From Macrostomum lignano (Eukaryota), in contig NIVC01000604.1 in NCBI GenBank assembly GCA_002269645.1, positions 186,001-250,000 on the forward strand: a DNA stretch of 64,000 nt, read 5' to 3'. A program made the translations under genes and the position numbers. Below, piece after piece: positions 12,326 to 23,707 of this stretch. Under the pieces are notes generated by a model. It searched no databases. It saw only the letters and a program-made list of their open reading frames with translations, and had not been told where the DNA came from. Positions within the stretch are counted from its first letter, which is position 1; every line of letters starts with the position of its first letter.

Positions 12326-14378
12326 GAAGATATGAAGTTTTGTAGATATGAAATGTTGGGGATATGAAGTGTCGGGGATATACAGTGGCGGAGATATGAA
12401 GTGTCGGAGATATGAAATGTCAGGGATATGAAATGTCAGGGATATGAAATGTTGGGGATATACAGTGTCGGAGATATGAAATGTCAGGGATATGAAGTGT
12501 CGGGGATATACAGTGGCGGAGTTATGAAGTGTCGGAGATATGAAATGTCAGGGATATGAAATGTCAGGGATATGAAATGTCAGGGATATGAAGTGTCGGG
12601 GATATACAGTGGCGGAGATATGAAGTGTCGGAGATATGAAATGTCAGGGATATGAAATGTCAGGGATATGAAATGTCAGGGATATGAAGTGTCGGGGATA
12701 TACAGTGGCGGAGATATGAAGTGTCGGAGATATGAAATGTCAGGGATATGAAATGTCAGGGATATGAAATGTCAGGGATATGAAATGTCAGGGATATGAA
12801 ATGTCAGGGATATGAAATGTTGGGATATGAAGTGTCGGGGATATACAGTGGCGGAGATATGAAATGTCAGGGATATGAAATGTTGGGGATATACAGTGGC
12901 GGAGATATGAAATGTCAGGGATATGAAATGTCAGGGATATGAAATGTTGGGATATGAAGTGTCGGGGATATACAGTGGCGGAGATATGAAGTGTCGGAGA
13001 TATGAAATGTCAGGGATATGAAGTGTCGGGGATATACAGTGGCGGAGATATGAAATGTCAGGGATATGAAATGTCAGGGATATGAAATGTCAGGGATATG
13101 AAATGTCAGGGATATGAAATGTTGGGATATGAAGTGTCGGGGATATACAGTGGCGGAGATATGAAATGTCAGGGATATGAAATGTCAGGGATATGAAATG
13201 TCAGGGATATGAAATGTTGGGATATGAAGTGTCGGGGATATACAGTGGCGGAGATATGAAGTGTCGGAGATATGAAATGTCAGGGATATGAAGTGTCGGG
13301 GATATACAGTGGCGGAGATATGAAATGTCAGGGATATGAAATGTCAGGGATATGAAATGTCAGGGATATGAAATGTTGGGATATGAAGTGTCGGGGATAT
13401 ACAGTGGCGGAGATATGAAGTGTCGGAGATATGAAATGTCAGGGATATGAAATGTTGGGGATATACAGTGGCGGAGATATGAAGTGTCGGAGATATGAAA
13501 TGTCAGGGATATGAAATGTCAGGGATATGAAATGTCAGGGATATGAAATGTCAGGGATATGAAATGTCAGGGATATGAAATGTTGGGGATATACAGTGGC
13601 GGAGATATGAAGTGTCGGAGATATGAAATGTCAGGGATATGAAGTGTCGGGGATATACAGTGGCGGAGTTATGAAGTGTCGGAGATATGAAATGTCAGGG
13701 ATATGAAATGTCAGGGATATGAAATGTCAGGGATATGAAGTGTCGGGGATATACAGTGGCGGAGATATGAAGTGTCGGCGATATGAAATGTCAGGGATAT
13801 GAAATGTCAGGGATATGAAATGTCAGGGATATGAAGTGTCGGGGATATACAGTGGCGGAGATATGAAGTGTCGGAGATATGAAATGTCAGGGATATGAAA
13901 TGTCAGGGATATGAAATGTCAGGGATATGAAATGTCAGGGATATGAAATGTCAGGGATATGAAGTGTCGGGGATATACAGTGGCGGAGTTATGAAGTGTC
14001 GGAGATATGAAATGTAAGGGATATGAAATGTCAGGGATATGAAATGTCAGGGATATGAAATGTCAGGGATATGAAGTGTCGGGGATATACAGTGGCGGAG
14101 TTATGAAGTGTCGGAGATATGAAATGTCAGGGATATGAAATGTCAGGGATATGAAGTGTCGGGGATATACAGTGGCGGAGATATGAAGTGTCGGAGATAT
14201 GAAATGTCAGGGATATGAAATGTCAGGGATATGAAATGTCAGGGATATGAAGTGTCGGGGATATACAGTGGCGGAGTTATGAAGTGTCGGAGATATGAAA
14301 TGTCAGGGATATGAAATGTCAGGGATATGAAATGTTGGGGATATGAAGTGTCGGGGATATACAGTGGCGGAGATATGA
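12326..14378. repeat. 17-18-bp minisatellite (GATATGAAATGTCAGG-type) with variant units in LOX intron 3
   Basis: Tandem array with interspersed GATATACAGTGGCGGA variants. Confidence 0.96.
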
Positions 14379-14550
14379 GGAGGCGAAGATTTGAAGTTTC
14401 GCAGTTGTGAAAGAGTCTGTTGAACTGATCTGTCGAAATATGACACCTCCCCCGACATTAGAGAAAATGTGTCGGTGAACACTCATTCCAGCAGCTGCAG
14501 ATATGCACCAATTTCATGAAACCCATCCCAATCCTTGCCCGAAACGCCAG

Positions 14551-14902
14551 CGAAGACGCCATGCTGCTCCACAAAGTGATCAACGGCTACAGCGACCGCC
14601 TGTCCCGTCACTACTACGCCAACCCTATGGAGGCGATGAAGCGCCGACTAATGGAAGACATCGAACTGCAGGCCTGGTGGGTTGAAATGACCAACCCGTT
14701 AGAGAAGGGCGGCCTCGGACTCAAAGGTCTGCCCGGCAAAAATGGCATTCAACACGTAGACGAGTTGGTGTCGCTGATAACCAACTTCCTGTTTATGATC
14801 TGCGTGCAGGGCTCCGCCGCCTGGAATCCCCAGTTTGACGAGTACGGATTCGCGCCTAATTATCCCCTGGCCCTGCACGGCTGCCTGCCGCAGGATCCTG
14901 CC
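14551..14902 (+). CDS. Lipoxygenase-like gene, exon 4
   Basis: Acceptor CGCCAG| restores YPYR-ED-AMLL. Contains DIELQAWW, LITNFLF and QFDEYGFAPNYP. Donor GCC|GTGAGT, phase 0. Confidence 0.93.
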
Positions 14903-14949
14903 GTGAGTTTCGCCTTGTTGCCTGTATTTAGAGCTGAGGCGGCACTGTT

Positions 14950-15290
14950 TGGGTGGGTGTTGGTTGGGGGAGTGTTGGGGGTGGGGGTTGGTTGGGGGAT
15001 TGTTGGAGTGGGTGTTGGTTGGGGATTGTTGGAGTGGGTGTTGGTTGGGGATTGTTGGGATGGGTGTTGGTTGGGGGATTGTTGGGGGTGGGTGTTGGTT
15101 GGGGAATTGTTGGAGTGGGTGTTGATTGGGGATTGTTGGGATGGGTGTTGGTTGGGGGATTGTTGGAGTGGCTGTCGATTGGGGGATTGTTGGAGTGGGT
15201 GTTGGTTGGGGGATTGTTGGAGTGGGTGTTGGTGGGGGATTGTTGGGATGGGTGTTGGTTGGGGATTGTTGGGATGGGTGTTGGTTGGGC
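14950..15290. repeat. G/T-rich ~27-bp minisatellite in LOX intron 4
   Basis: GGGGATTGTTGGAGTGGGTGTTGGTT-type units. Confidence 0.9.
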
Positions 15291-15419
15291 AGGATTGCTA
15301 TGGTTGTTGTCAGGTTTAGTAAGATGGGTTGTGTGTCAGTTTAGAAACGTAATTATTCCGGATTATTAAATGTATTAAATTATTATTGCTTCACCTGGAT
15401 TCACCCAAAAACATCGCAG

Positions 15420-15583
15420 GAGGACCTGGCTCTAGACGAGAGCCTCCAGACGCTGCCCTGCAAGCGGGAGTTCCTAGACACGCTGCTGTCCTTTCGCCTG
15501 TGCCAGCGCCAGCGAGGCAGCCGGCTTGGCGAGTACGAGCTGCAGCTGAACCACGATCCAGCGGCCGTCAGGATGCTGCAAGA
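15420..15583 (+). CDS. Lipoxygenase-like gene, exon 5
   Basis: Acceptor CATCGCAG|; translates EDLALDESLQTLPCKREFLDTLL...LGEYE...DPAAVRMLQ. Donor GA|GTGAGT, phase 2. This exon is missing from the ORF track frame. Confidence 0.85.
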
Positions 15584-15717
15584 GTGAGTTTTTATTCTGC
15601 TGTTGTGTTTCTCAGACTGATAAATTACTCACATCAATTTACGCACTACGAAATAAGGATTCATTTTTCACCCGGTTAAAAGCATTCGACAATTCAGTAT
15701 GGTTTCATAGGTTTATT

Positions 15718-15894
15718 GACTCGCCAGTGTTGCTGGTCCGCTCTGTGCACAATTCCATTATTGTGCAACAGCATAGCAGTCTGGGGTCAACGCGAGTCTA
15801 CAGAACGCGTGAGATTGGCCTTCTCCACGAGTCACTGCCGCTGTGCCTCCTTGCACCTTTTGGCTTGACGACTCACTAACGGCTGATTACAGTC
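15718..15894 (+). ncRNA. H/ACA snoRNA copy 1
   Basis: Full hairpin-H-hairpin-ACA; two C>T variants remain G-U compatible. Confidence 0.88.
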
Positions 15895-16221
15895 TCTGAA
15901 ATCTTTTTAGTAATCAGTATGACAAAAACCAAATAATGCTGTAACCTGCTGTAAAACAAAGACTCTAGTTAATATTTAAACAGTTCTTGACTCGCCTACA
16001 ACTTAATAGGCCTTAATGCGTTCTTGGTTGGTGGTCTAATAATTATGCGAAAGTCACTTAAAATGGTTAAACTACGAGTAAGTTAAAATTAGGCTGCATA
16101 ATGTCAGGTAAAGATATCCACGAACTTACAACGGGCAAAAGCACTCTTGTCGTGATACAAGGCATGAAAAGTGCCTGAACAATACATTTTAGTGCTTTAG
16201 CAGACAGGCAGTTTGTTTGCT

Positions 16222-16398
16222 GACTCGCCAGTGTTGCCGGTCCGCTCTGTGCATAATTTCATTGATGTGCAACAGCATAGCAGTCTGGGGTCAACGCGAG
16301 TCTACAGAACGCGTGAGATCGGCCTTCTCCACGAGTCACTGCCGCTATGCCTCCTTGCACCTTTTGGCTTGACGACTCACTAATGGCTGATTACAGTC
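16222..16398 (+). ncRNA. H/ACA snoRNA copy 2
   Basis: Full copy, boxes and pockets intact. Confidence 0.88.
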
Positions 16399-16756
16399 TG
16401 ATATTGTTTTAGCAATAATTTATGGCACGGACCAAACGAAGATTCGACTAGTCGTTAAACATTGACTCAAATTAATATGTAAGCGGTCCACGACTTGATT
16501 ACCACCTTAAAATGATAAATAAGTTTGCAATTAGCTCATCTTTTGTCCAAATACATATCGTAAGCTTTGAATTCAAGCAAAACGTTTGATGTGACTTGTA
16601 GAGGCCTTTTTTGAACTTGACAAATCCGATTACAAATAAAGACACTCTCAAGATACTAAACAAGCCACATGTGTAGTGATCAAAGGCATGCAAAATGTAC
16701 CTCAGCGAAACAGTGATGTAGCTATTGGACAGACGGGCTAGTCAATGATAGTCTCT

Positions 16757-16933
16757 GACTCGCCAGTGTTGCCGGTCCGCTCTGTGCACAAATCCATTAT
16801 TGTGCAACAGCATAGCAGTCTGGGGTCAACGCGAGTCTACAGAACGCGTGAGATCGGCCTTCTCCACGAGTCACTGCCGCTGTGCCTTCTTGCACCTTTT
16901 GGCTTGACGACTCACTAACGGCTGATTACAGTC
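16757..16933 (+). ncRNA. H/ACA snoRNA copy 3
   Basis: Full copy, boxes and pockets intact. Confidence 0.88.
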
Positions 16934-17256
16934 AGATATCTTCTTAGTAATCAGTAAATCAAGGACCAAATAGGGTTTAACCAGTCGTGAAACAAAGACT
17001 CTAGTTATATTTAAACAGTTCTTGGCTCGACTACAACTTAATAGACCTTAATGCATTCTTGGTAATAACTATGCGAAAGTCACTTTAAAATGATTAACTA
17101 CGAGTAAGTTACTAGTGTAAAATTAAGCAACATAATGTCAGGTAAAGATATTTACAAAATTATAAAATCACTTTTGTACAGTAGTGATCCAGTGCATTAA
17201 GAATGCCTGAGAAGTGCAACATCTCTGGTGCTTTAGCAACAGGCAGTTTGTTTGCT

Positions 17257-17433
17257 GACTCGCCAGTGTTGCCGGTCCGCTCTGTGCACAATTTCATTAT
17301 TGTGCAACAGCATAGCAGTCTGGGGTCAACGCGAGTCTACAGAACGCGTGAGATCGGCCTTCTCCACGAGTCGCTGCCGCTGTGCCTTCTTGCACCTTTT
17401 GGCTTGACGTCTCACTAACGGCTGATTACAGTC
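17257..17433 (+). ncRNA. H/ACA snoRNA copy 4
   Basis: Full copy, boxes and pockets intact. Confidence 0.88.
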
Positions 17434-17782
17434 TGATCTATATTGTTGGTAATAAATAGTACGGCAGGACCAAACAGATTTTTCTAGTCGGTACACTGTG
17501 ACTCAGATTAATATCCAAACAGTCTGACTAGATTACAACTTCAAAAGGACAAACAACTTTTGAATTGGCATCGCTTTTGTCTAAATACGAGCGCATATAT
17601 CAGTAAGCTTCAAATTGACTTAGGACCTTTGATGTAACTTGAACGTCTCTGCACTTTCAAATAAAAGCAGTTCTATTGAATGTATATGGAAATTGGAAGT
17701 TAACCTGTATGATGACAAATAGAGATATCTGTACAATGATGGAGTAGATTTTCAGCAGAAAGGTTAATTAATGTTAGTCTCT

Positions 17783-17959
17783 GACTCGCCAGTGTTGCCG
17801 GTCCGCTCTGTGCACAAATCCATTATTGTGCAACAGCATAGCAGTCTGGGGTCAACGCGAGTCTACAAAACGCGTGAGATCGGCCTTCTCCACGAGTCAC
17901 TGCCGCCGTGCCTTCTTGCACCTTTTGGCATGACGACTCACTAACGGCTGATTACAGTC
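17783..17959 (+). ncRNA. H/ACA snoRNA copy 5
   Basis: H box variant ACAAAA still fits ANANNA. Confidence 0.88.
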
Positions 17960-18254
17960 TCTGATATTGTTTTAGCAATATTCTTACGGCGAGGACCAAC
18001 CGAATATTTAACCAGTCATTAAACAATGACTTGGATCATTTTCTAAACAGTCCATCACTTGATGCAAGTTAGCAGTTAGATCCCTAATACTCGTAGATAA
18101 GCAAGAATCACTCTTAATTGAATTAACTAAATGAAAATTAACCCGCATAATGCCAGATAAAGATATATACAAGCTTAAATAGACAAAAGCACTTTTGTAG
18201 TGATCCTGTGCATTAAGAATTCCTGAGAAGTGCGCAACAGGCAGTTTGTTTGCT

Positions 18255-18431
18255 GACTCGCCAGTGTTGCCGGTCCGCTCTTTGCACAATTTCATTATTG
18301 CGCAACAGCATAGCAGTCTGGGGTCAACGCGAGTCTACAGAACGCGTGAGATCGGCCTTCTCCACGAGTCACTGCCGCTGTGCCTCCTTGCACCTTTTGG
18401 CTTGACGACTCACTAACGGCTGATTACAGTC
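18255..18431 (+). ncRNA. H/ACA snoRNA copy 6
   Basis: Copy 1 position + 2537. Confidence 0.88.
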
Positions 18432-18758
18432 TCTGAAATCTTTTTAGTAATCAGTATGACAAAAACCAAATAATGCTGTAACCTGCTGTAAAACAAAGAC
18501 TCTAGTTAATATTTAAACAGTTCTTGACTCGCCTACAACTTAATAGGCCTTAATGCGTTCTTGGTTGGTGGTCTAATAATTATGCGAAAGTCACTTAAAA
18601 TGGTTAAACTACGAGTAAGTTAAAATTAGGCTGCATAATGTCAGGTAAAGATATCCACGAACTTACAACGGGCAAAAGCACTCTTGTCGTGATACAAGGC
18701 ATGAAAAGTGCCTGAACAATACATTTTAGTGCTTTAGCAGACAGGCAGTTTGTTTGCT

Positions 18759-18935
18759 GACTCGCCAGTGTTGCCGGTCCGCTCTGTGCATAATTTCATT
18801 GATGTGCAACAGCATAGCAGTCTGGGGTCAACGCGAGTCTACAGAACGCGTGAGATCGGCCTTCTCCACGAGTCACTGCCGCTATGCCTCCTTGCACCTT
18901 TTGGCTTGACGACTCACTAATGGCTGATTACAGTC
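18759..18935 (+). ncRNA. H/ACA snoRNA copy 7
   Basis: Copy 2 position + 2537. Confidence 0.88.
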
Positions 18936-19293
18936 TGATATTGTTTTAGCAATAATTTATGGCACGGACCAAACGAAGATTCGACTAGTCGTTAAACATT
19001 GACTCAAATTAATATGTAAGCGGTCCACGACTTGATTACCACCTTAAAATGATAAATAAGTTTGCAATTAGCTCATCTTTTGTCCAAATACATATCGTAA
19101 GCTTTGAATTCAAGCAAAACGTTTGATGTGACTTGTAGAGGCCTTTTTTGAACTTGACAAATCCGATTACAAATAAAGACACTCTCAAGATACTAAACAA
19201 GCCACATGTGTAGTGATCAAAGGCATGCAAAATGTACCTCAGCGAAACAGTGATGTAGCTATTGGACAGACGGGCTAGTCAATGATAGTCTCT

Positions 19294-19470
19294 GACTCGC
19301 CAGTGTTGCCGGTCCGCTCTGTGCACAAATCCATTATTGTGCAACAGCATAGCAGTCTGGGGTCAACGCGAGTCTACAGAACGCGTGAGATCGGCCTTCT
19401 CCACGAGTCACTGCCGCTGTGCCTTCTTGCACCTTTTGGCTTGACGACTCACTAACGGCTGATTACAGTC
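19294..19470 (+). ncRNA. H/ACA snoRNA copy 8
   Basis: Copy 3 position + 2537. Confidence 0.88.
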
Positions 19471-19793
19471 AGATATCTTCTTAGTAATCAGTAAATCAAG
19501 GACCAAATAGGGTTTAACCAGTCGTGAAACAAAGACTCTAGTTATATTTAAACAGTTCTTGGCTCGACTACAACTTAATAGACCTTAATGCATTCTTGGT
19601 AATAACTATGCGAAAGTCACTTTAAAATGATTAACTACGAGTAAGTTACTAGTGTAAAATTAAGCAACATAATGTCAGGTAAAGATATTTACAAAATTAT
19701 AAAATCACTTTTGTACAGTAGTGATCCAGTGCATTAAGAATGCCTGAGAAGTGCAACATCTCTGGTGCTTTAGCAACAGGCAGTTTGTTTGCT

Positions 19794-19970
19794 GACTCGC
19801 CAGTGTTGCCGGTCCGCTCTGTGCACAATTTCATTATTGTGCAACAGCATAGCAGTCTGGGGTCAACGCGAGTCTACAGAACGCGTGAGATCGGCCTTCT
19901 CCACGAGTCGCTGCCGCTGTGCCTTCTTGCACCTTTTGGCTTGACGTCTCACTAACGGCTGATTACAGTC
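19794..19970 (+). ncRNA. H/ACA snoRNA copy 9
   Basis: Copy 4 position + 2537. Confidence 0.88.
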
Positions 19971-20319
19971 TGATCTATATTGTTGGTAATAAATAGTACG
20001 GCAGGACCAAACAGATTTTTCTAGTCGGTACACTGTGACTCAGATTAATATCCAAACAGTCTGACTAGATTACAACTTCAAAAGGACAAACAACTTTTGA
20101 ATTGGCATCGCTTTTGTCTAAATACGAGCGCATATATCAGTAAGCTTCGAATTGACTTAGGACCTTTGATGTAACTTGAACGTCTCTGCACTTTCAAATA
20201 AAAGCAGTTCTATTGAATGTATATGGAAATTGGAAGTTAACCTGTATGATGACAAATAGAGATATCTGTACAATGATGGAGTAGATTTTCAGCAGAAAGG
20301 TTAATTAATGTTAGTCTCT

Positions 20320-20496
20320 GACTCGCCAGTGTTGCCGGTCCGCTCTGTGCACAAATCCATTATTGTGCAACAGCATAGCAGTCTGGGGTCAACGCGAGTC
20401 TACAAAACGCGTGAGATCGGCCTTCTCCACGAGTCACTGCCGCCGTGCCTTCTTGCACCTTTTGGCATGACGACTCACTAACGGCTGATTACAGTC
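20320..20496 (+). ncRNA. H/ACA snoRNA copy 10
   Basis: Copy 5 position + 2537. Confidence 0.88.
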
Positions 20497-20791
20497 TCTG
20501 ATATTGTTTTAGCAATATTCTTACGGCGAGGACCAACCGAATATTTAACCAGTCATTAAACAATGACTTGGATCATTTTCTAAACAGTCCATCACTTGAT
20601 GCAAGTTAGCAGTTAGATCCCTAATACTCGTAGATAAGCAAGAATCACTCTTAATTGAATTAACTAAATGAAAATTAACCCGCATAATGCCAGATAAAGA
20701 TATATACAAGCTTAAATAGACAAAAGCACTTTTGTAGTGATCCTGTGCATTAAGAATTCCTGAGAAGTGCGCAACAGGCAGTTTGTTTGCT

Positions 20792-20968
20792 GACTCGCCA
20801 GTGTTGCCGGTCCGCTCTGTGCACAATTTCATTATTGCGCAACAGCATAGCAGTCTGGGGTCAACGCGAGTCTACAGAACGCGTGAGATCGGCCTTCTCC
20901 ACGAGTCACTGCCGCTGTGCCTCCTTGCACCTTTTGGCTTGACGACTCACTAACGGCTGATTACAGTC
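20792..20968 (+). ncRNA. H/ACA snoRNA copy 11
   Basis: Copy 6 position + 2537. Confidence 0.88.
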
Positions 20969-21295
20969 TCTGAAATCTTTTTAGTAATCAGTATGACAAA
21001 AACCAAATAATGCTGTAACCTGCTGTAAAACAAAGACTCTAGTTAATATTTAAACAGTTCTTGACTCGCCTACAACTTAATAGGCCTTAATGCGTTCTTG
21101 GTTGGTGGTCTAATAATTATGCGAAAGTCACTTAAAATGGTTAAACTACGAGTAAGTTAAAATTAGGCTGCATAATGTCAGGTAAAGATATCCACGAACT
21201 TACAACGGGCAAAAGCACTCTTGTCGTGATACAAGGCATGAAAAGTGCCTGAACAATACATTTTAGTGCTTTAGCAGACAGGCAGTTTGTTTGCT

Positions 21296-21472
21296 GACTC
21301 GCCAGTGTTGCCGGTCCGCTCTGTGCATAATTTCATTGATGTGCAACAGCATAGCAGTCTGGGGTCAACGCGAGTCTACAGAACGCGTGAGATCGGCCTT
21401 CTCCACGAGTCACTGCCGCTATGCCTCCTTGCACCTTTTGGCTTGACGACTCACTAATGGCTGATTACAGTC
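21296..21472 (+). ncRNA. H/ACA snoRNA copy 12
   Basis: Copy 7 position + 2537. Confidence 0.88.
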
Positions 21473-21830
21473 TGATATTGTTTTAGCAATAATTTATGGC
21501 ACGGACCAAACGAAGATTCGACTAGTCGTTAAACATTGACTCAAATTAATATGTAAGCGGTCCACGACTTGATTACCACCTTAAAATGATAAATAAGTTT
21601 GCAATTAGCTCATCTTTTGTCCAAATACATATCGTAAGCTTTGAATTCAATCAAAACGTTTGATGTGACTTGTAGAGGCCTTTTTTGAACTTGACAAATC
21701 CGATTACAAATAAAGACACTCTCAAGATACCAAACAAGCCACATGTGTAGTGATCAAAGGCATGCAAAATGTACCTCAGCGAAACAGTGATGTAGCTATT
21801 GGACAGACGGGCTAGTCAATGATAGTCTCT

Positions 21831-22007
21831 GACTCGCCAGTGTTGCCGGTCCGCTCTGTGCACAAATCCATTATTGTGCAACAGCATAGCAGTCTGGGGT
21901 CAACGCGAGTCTACAGAACGCGTGAGATCGGCCTTCTCCACGAGTCACTGCCGCTGTGCCTTCTTGCACCTTTTGGCTTGTCGACTCACTAACGGCTGAT
22001 TACAATC
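21831..22007 (+). ncRNA. H/ACA snoRNA copy 13
   Basis: Full copy ending ACA-ATC. Confidence 0.87.
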
Positions 22008-22138
22008 TGTTGTTTTTGAGAATGGTTAATTGCCATTTTCATATTATATTTCTTTGGTGATTAGGTTGAAAGAATTGAAAAACGAATAGTAATTTCTCGA
22101 AACTGCATTAGACTTTAAGGCTGGTAATTAGGTACGAT

Positions 22139-22210
22139 GCGGAGTTGCTCAGCGGTAAACGCGTCTTACTCTCTTGCCAAACTCCTAGTTCGACTCCATG
22201 CGCGACCGCA
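22139..22210 (+). mobile_element. Degenerate tRNA-like / tRNA-derived SINE head interrupting the array
   Basis: A-box-like TTGCTCAGCGGTA, B-box-like AGTTCGACTCC, partial GCGG/CCGC acceptor stem. The anticodon arm does not pair. Confidence 0.4.
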
Positions 22211-22667
22211 TTCATTTGTTGCTTTTACACAGAAAATTTCCCGTAGCTATCTTACGATTCACCCATGAGAGCCAACCCAAGACACAGAGTGTAGATGTTT
22301 GAGGATTAGAAGGTCGGAGTCGATGTACAGTGTACACCTTGTATGAGCATGCTTTCTGAAGACCACAGGATGGACAGAATTGCCTCAGCGCTGGTTGTGA
22401 GACGATGTCGCCGATACCGTTGCACCAGAGTGTCCACAACCTTCCAGATATTGTTGTTAGGGCTGTTAAGTGATAAATGTTCTACTGGTAATAAAGAAGC
22501 AAAGATAATTACAGATAAATCCTTGTATGCCATGTAGTGTCTAAAGAAAGGTGTCTTGCGGAGCAATGGATCATTTTAATAGTGACAAAACGCCCATTAT
22601 GCAATAAGATTACCAGGCAGTCATCCGCGTAGCATTGGCTTATACACCATTGGTTACTTAGGCTGCT

Positions 22668-22844
22668 GACTCGCCAGTGTTGCCGGTCCGCTCTGTGCAT
22701 AATTTCATTGATGTGCAACAGCATAGCAGTCTGAGGTCAACGCGAGTCTACAGAACGCGTGAGATCGGCCTTCTCCACGAGTCACTGCCGCTATGCCTCC
22801 CTGCACCTTTTGGCTTGACGACTCACTAATGGCTGATTACAGTC
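22668..22844 (+). ncRNA. H/ACA snoRNA copy 14
   Basis: Full copy, boxes and pockets intact. Confidence 0.87.
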
Positions 22845-23202
22845 TGATATTGTTTTAGCAATAATTTATGGCACGGACCAAACGAAGATTCGACTAGTCG
22901 TTAAACATTGACTCAAATTAATATGTAAGCGGTCCACGACTTGATTACCACCTTAAAATGATAAATAAGTTTGCAATTAGCTCATCTTTTGTCCAAATAC
23001 ATATCGTAAGCTTTGAATTCAAGCAAAACCTTTGATGTGACTTGTAGAGGCCTTTTTTGAACTTGACAAATCCGATTACAAATAAAGACACTCTCAAGAT
23101 ACTAAACAAGCCACATGTGTAGTGATCAAAGGCATGCAAAATGTACCTCAGCGAAACAGTGATGTAGCTATTGGACAGACGGGCTAGTCAATGATAGTCT
23201 CT

Positions 23203-23379
23203 GACTCGCCAGTGTTGCCGGTCCGCTCTGTGCACAAATCCATTATTGTGCAACAGCATAGCAGTCTGGGGTCAACGCGAGTCTACAGAACGCGTGAGAT
23301 CGGCCTTCTCCACGAGTCACTGCCGCTGTGCCTTCTTGCACCTTTTGGCTTGACGTCTCACTAACGGCTGATTACAGTC
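23203..23379 (+). ncRNA. H/ACA snoRNA copy 15
   Basis: Full copy, boxes and pockets intact. Confidence 0.87.
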
Positions 23380-23707
23380 TGATATCTTTTTAGTAATCAG
23401 TATATCAAGGACCAAATAGGGTTTAACCAGTCGTTAAACAAAGACTCTAGTTAATATTTAAACAGTTCTTGGCTCGCCTACAACTTAATAGACTTTAGTG
23501 CGTTCTTGGTTTGTGCCTTTAATAACTATGGGAAGTCACTTTAAAATGATTAAACTACGAGTTAGTTAAAATTAGGCTGCATAATGTCAGGTGAAGATAT
23601 TTACCAAATTACAACTTACAAAAGCACTTTTTTAGTGATCAAGTGCATTAAAAATGCCTGACAAATGCAAAGTATCTAGTGCTTTAGCAACAGGCAGTTT
23701 GTTTGCT

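Noticed and set aside
14903-15319. C-terminal G/W/V-rich half of ORF 14516-15319
   Set aside because: It lies past the GTGAGT donor at 14903, inside an intronic minisatellite.
16757-16933. Self-cleaving ribozyme (twister-like GCCGGTCC, hammerhead) or C/D snoRNA/scaRNA interpretation of the repeat
   Set aside because: No complete ribozyme core on either strand, no C box partner for the CTGA, and no UGAG CAB box in the apical loops. The H/ACA model explains the boxes, spacing and rRNA complementarity together.
22509-22724. YADD motif in a minus-strand ORF
   Set aside because: An isolated four-residue match with no other RT motifs; it could be chance, so it is not listed as a feature.
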